Shown: in pieces, positions 33,245 through 37,282 of the stretch | Layout: every line of letters begins with the position of its first letter | Position numbering within the stretch: the first letter of the stretch is position 1 | Position numbers and translations under genes: made by a program | Assembly (NCBI GenBank): GCA_008632985.1 | Contig: QPGO01000189.1 | Span: forward strand, 106,183 to 143,464 | Origin: Psammoneis japonica | Taxonomy: Eukaryota | Length of the DNA stretch: 37,282 nt | Reading direction: 5' to 3' | The notes under the pieces: model-generated | Told to the model about the DNA's origin: nothing | Seen by the model: the letters and a program-made list of their open reading frames with translations, nothing else | The model's database searches: none

Positions 33245-34263
33245 GTTCAGCGACACGTGACTATGATTGGTTTGTTCTGGAACTTATTTTAGCTTCTGTC
33301 AATGCGATCGAAGCGTTGGGTTTGTCAAGAGACAAGACACTGCGACGGACGGCACAGAAGGCACAAGCGCTTTCATTGATTCGTTCGACTACATTCAACG
33401 TGCCGTTGGGCTCTTATCCTCACGTCGCCTCCATCCCTCGAGACATCTCCTTTCAGCAAGCGGTCGACTACGAAAGAAGTCTATTGACAAACTAATAAAC
33501 GACTCATATAGTATACCCAGAATTTGGTTACTACAGTAGCCAGGAAGTCCGAAACACAAACTGGAGGTGCGTCGTGTGTGTCAAAAACTGAGAGGTGGAT
33601 TGTTGTGTCGCTGTTTACAACGAGTTGAAAAGTGGGTTTTTCATATCTCAAGATGTTTACTCTTTCGAAACATGCTACTGAACAGCACGCATTTGCCTCC
33701 TGCCTAAAACGTTTTTAACTTGGGCAACACGACGTTGTTTCAATCAGCGCTACACCATATCGCCCTGTATTATCATAGCACGCGGAACCCGGCATAAAAA
33801 AAAAATGTGCGACCACTGTGTCTTGGATGCACAAAATAATAATCTTCAGCTCCGCAGGATGCTATTATTTGTCTGAAGGACAACGAATCACGAGTTCAAT
33901 ATTTCCGAAATTGTGTCAATCACGAGCGATTTTATTAAAGAAAAAAACCAATCGCTTATGAAAGTGTAACGGATTTCTGAACTCTTTAAGAAAAATGTGT
34001 CTGTCAATAAATCCATACTTATATAAAGTCCAAAAGTTGAAGTTGGCCATCACTTAACGTCTATCTTGCAGTGATTTAACGCACTTCTGACTCGTGGCAA
34101 CAGCATGAGAAATTTGCTCAGGCTAGTGGCACAAACCGATCACGCTCGCTCTCGCCACTGCTGCCAAACGCAAATCTTGAATCTAAAGTCTCACAAATCT
34201 CGATCTCGACGCAACAAGATCCATTACAACATCAACAAGATTTTCTAAGCATTTCCAATCATC

Positions 34264-34805
34264 ATGACTATGACGCTTACTGCTGAAGATTATTTCGCCG
34301 CTGAACCACACATTATCGGAGACAATTTCTTTGACGACGACTTGGTCAACGAAAACGGCCTTATCATACAAGAGTACGACGTGATTTGTGGACGCAGCCG
34401 CCTTTCTCAAAACCATACTGGAAACAAGAGATTCCGAGCTCTCATTGAAGAGAACAGAGTTCGATACCAGACCGCCAAGTCCCGACCTGAGAAAACAAGC
34501 ATCACGATTGAATTGGTGGAGACGATTCGTCGATTCCGACCCGGTGGTCGTTTTCTCCTATTGAATACAGAGACTGGACTTTGGGAAGATGCAGGAGAGG
34601 CTATGCACGCGAGAAGGTATCTCATGCCCTCCGTAGCGCTAAAAAGTCAACCAAGTTCCGTGCAGCCGTTTCGGGCAAAAAGAATCTGGAATCCTCAGCA
34701 AATCAAATGATTCAACAAGAAGTTGTTGCCAAGTTGATCGAAGATCAGCAACGAGTTTTCAGACAATTGATTGAACAAGACGAGCTTAACAATGGGAAAA
34801 GATAA
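34264..34805 (+). CDS. DUF6824-domain protein 1 (1-bp frameshift near 34600)
   Basis: DVICGR...HTGNKRFR..Y....EK..I...V..IR...GGRFL.....W......AREKVSHALR. Confidence 0.8.
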
Positions 34806-35226
34806 AATAGGATTCGTATATGAAGAACTACTAAACATTTTTGATGAAAGTCGTACAACGTGCGCTATTCTCTAGCAAAAAGTCCTGGATAAAATAATGT
34901 ATTGCATCTCGTCTCATTATAACGCTTCTGTCTGGTATGCTGTTGTCCAGTGTGCATTATAAAGCACCGATCCGGCGTTCGTGATAACTGCAGAAGTAGG
35001 AGACTGAATCGAGCGAGGAGCGTCTCAAAGGAGACCATCTTCAGTCGCAAGTGTTTTTCGCACGCTGCCGCGCTTGCTTTCTGTGAACGGGCAATACCGT
35101 ACGTATCACTGCATACAAGTACCATGGATCATCGTCTTGAACTTGTTCGTCAAAGCAGGAACGTGTTGCATGTCAACATACATCAGCTCTCAGAACTTAG
35201 AGAACTTCAACAGCAGATTCTGAAAC

Positions 35227-35890
35227 ATGGCCATGTCATCTGTTGAAGACATTGCGCTTGATATCTTCAATGATATGTTCGACGGCATTACAATACCAGA
35301 AGAGAATGATGTGATTTGTGGTCGAAGTAGCCTCACTCGAGTTCAAAAGGGAAACAAGAAATTTCGAGCTCTCATCGATAAACATCATGTTCGATACCAG
35401 GCTACCAAATCGCGGCCCGAAAAGACAAGCATCACGAAGGAACTGGTGGAGACGATTCGTAGATTCCGCCCTGGTGGTCGTTTCCTCCTCTTGAATCCCG
35501 ACACTGGACTTTGGGAGGAGGCAGGAGACTCCTACGCTCGCGACAAAGTTTCACACGCGGTAGGTAGAATCATTAATTCTGTACATGCATGTTTTCTGTT
35601 GCATTAGATGTCTCTCTCATCAACAGTGCCATCGTCTCTCTTAGCTTCGAAGTGCCAAGAAACCATCCAAGTTTCGTTCCGCGAGAGGCAAAAAGGCTAA
35701 CAGTAATCAGTGGGTCAGAAAAGAAGAAGAAAAAAAGAGCACGGATGACGAGGTCCTCGCAAAGTTGCTTGAGGTCCAGCAGCAGATTTTTCGAGAGCTG
35801 ATCATACAAGACGAGCTTAATTATGGTGGAGAAAGGCTTAGGTTTACATTTTTTGCAGTAATGCACAATTCATTCAAGTACATGTGGTAA
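35227..35890 (+). CDS. DUF6824-domain protein 2; exons 35227-35559 and 35645-35890
   Basis: Same motif set as gene 1; GT-AG intron 35560-35644 splits KVSHA|LRSAKK; C-terminus similar to gene 1 (QQIFRELIIQDELN). Exact stop uncertain. Confidence 0.8.
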
Positions 35891-36489
35891 CGACATTGCG
35901 AATATATTGAACGACGAAGTAGCAGGCTGAGGTGAACGGGATAACTCACGTGCGTTCTTTTACCAGTGACTAAACTCTTAATACTATTAATAAATTGTAG
36001 TTCTACAGTGAAAAGTAATACTGTACATGCAATTTATTTGAACACTCTCGTACTGTTCTATGGATCTGTTTGCTGTTGTCCCGTTTCCAGCTACCACAGC
36101 CCCGACGCAGGTTCTGAGGGGGCAGATGCCTGCTTGTCGAGAAGAAGATAAGTAAAATTTGTATTCGGTCATTATTACGTTTATTCAATTCTGCAGTTAA
36201 ATGTTGAAATATTATATCATCAACTATGAAGAATATATTCTGACGTGCGAATTTTCATAACTTCCCTCCGACAGTTTTCAATTTTTTTTGTTTCGTACTT
36301 GATGTTAAGACTCCGCCTATCGAATTACACAAGCAGCGTTGTGGAACAAATGCGACGATTATTCTAAAGAAAAACAAATGTGTTTATGTGATACCGAGAG
36401 TTTGATGCGGCGATACGCGATCAAGAACATCGAATTGTGCCCGTCTCCGTCTCCGTGCTGTTTTGCCCGCGATGCCTGCTGTCTGACTC

Positions 36490-37222
36490 TCAAGCAACAA
36501 CGTGCGAGTAAGCTTTGCGGTTTCGGCAGGCATGGCTGACTTTCTCTTTAGCTTGCTCGTCGCCAACGTCGCTATATTTTTCGTCCGCATTGTCGTACTT
36601 GAGGAATCGTCCGCCCCTTTCTCGTATCACACGGACGATTTCGAATGAAATGCGTGCCTTCTCGGATTTCCGGGTTGCTGCTTGGTACGATCTCTATACT
36701 TGTTGACAAGGTCACGAAATCGGATATTACCAGGTGGTCCTGAATTGCCTTGCCTTTACCGAGCAGAACGTCATCATCAGTCGGGACAATATCATTGCCG
36801 CTTCTAATTGAATGAATTGATGTGTCTGCTGAGGGGATTCTGGTGTCGATAACCTTGCGCTTCTTACACGGCAGCTTGAAGTCAGACATTGACTGATTCT
36901 CGCTTGATAACCCACGGGTACTCGCGAGTGCAGCGGTCCCGGAAACTATTCCTTTCTTGTGCATTCGATTGTAAAGCCTCTGCGAGAGCCCTTCTCGCAA
37001 CGCTTGCGAAACTTTGTCCTTGGCTTTGTCGTCTTCAATCTCAACGAACTCTGTGGAGACATCGGTAACAGGAACCTCCCGCCTTGATGGCGAATAGTTT
37101 GAAGAATTTCAGATGCAATTTCACCTTTGCGTAAACGGTCCGCTCTCAGATACCTCATTTTTTGCTGCTTGACGAGGTTTCGATACCGAATGTTGCCGGG
37201 ATGCCGATTTGACTTGCTTCCT
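36490..37222 (-). CDS. Two-domain DUF6824 protein, last exon (upstream exon outside window; several frameshifts)
   Basis: RHPGNIRYR..GGRFL..KVSQALRE, then DDVLLGKG..GNIRFR..GGRFLK..AKEKVSHACR; polypyrimidine tract and CAG acceptor at 37223-37250. Confidence 0.72.
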
Positions 37223-37282
37223 CTGTAGGTTTGTTTGAAAAGAAGAAAAAGAATGTTGATGTCACTCTTAATTTTTTCGTTG

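Noticed and set aside
33232..33539. Short ORFs upstream of ATG7
   Set aside because: No recognisable motifs; likely promoter/intergenic sequence.
34020..34027. TATATAAA as promoter of DUF6824 gene 1
   Set aside because: About 240 bp from the ATG in AT-rich DNA; not supportable without TSS data.

Overview
Eukaryotic nuclear DNA, very probably a diatom (inferred from CoDi-like Copia elements, an Ambal-like LINE, silicanin-like and DUF6824 genes). Bases 1-18.8 kb are a nested transposon graveyard: a Copia RT/RNase H, a second Copia split by a full-length APE-RT-RNase H LINE with a 16-bp TSD, an 813-bp TIR element inside the LINE, and two decayed host genes. From about 14987 to 32299 there is a tandem segmental duplication. 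Each unit carries a Crinkler-like gene (ubiquitin-like header, P-loop NTPase, restriction-endonuclease-like domain) plus SDR, NAA10 and ATG7 sequence; NAA10 is complete only in unit 1 and ATG7 only in unit 2. Three DUF6824 genes end the window. The most striking signal is a mutational process rather than a gene: TE-rich domains show systematic TpA->TpG/CpA conversion (A:T->G:C at TA) on top of ordinary CpG decay. It is visible by aligning mutated and unmutated copies inside the window. It appears to run ahead of CpG loss, spreads into neighbouring host genes, stops at sharp borders, and is not triggered by duplication alone, unlike fungal RIP. Scattered 1-bp frameshifts in otherwise intact genes and two N gaps limit confidence in gene intactness. 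All counts are by eye.
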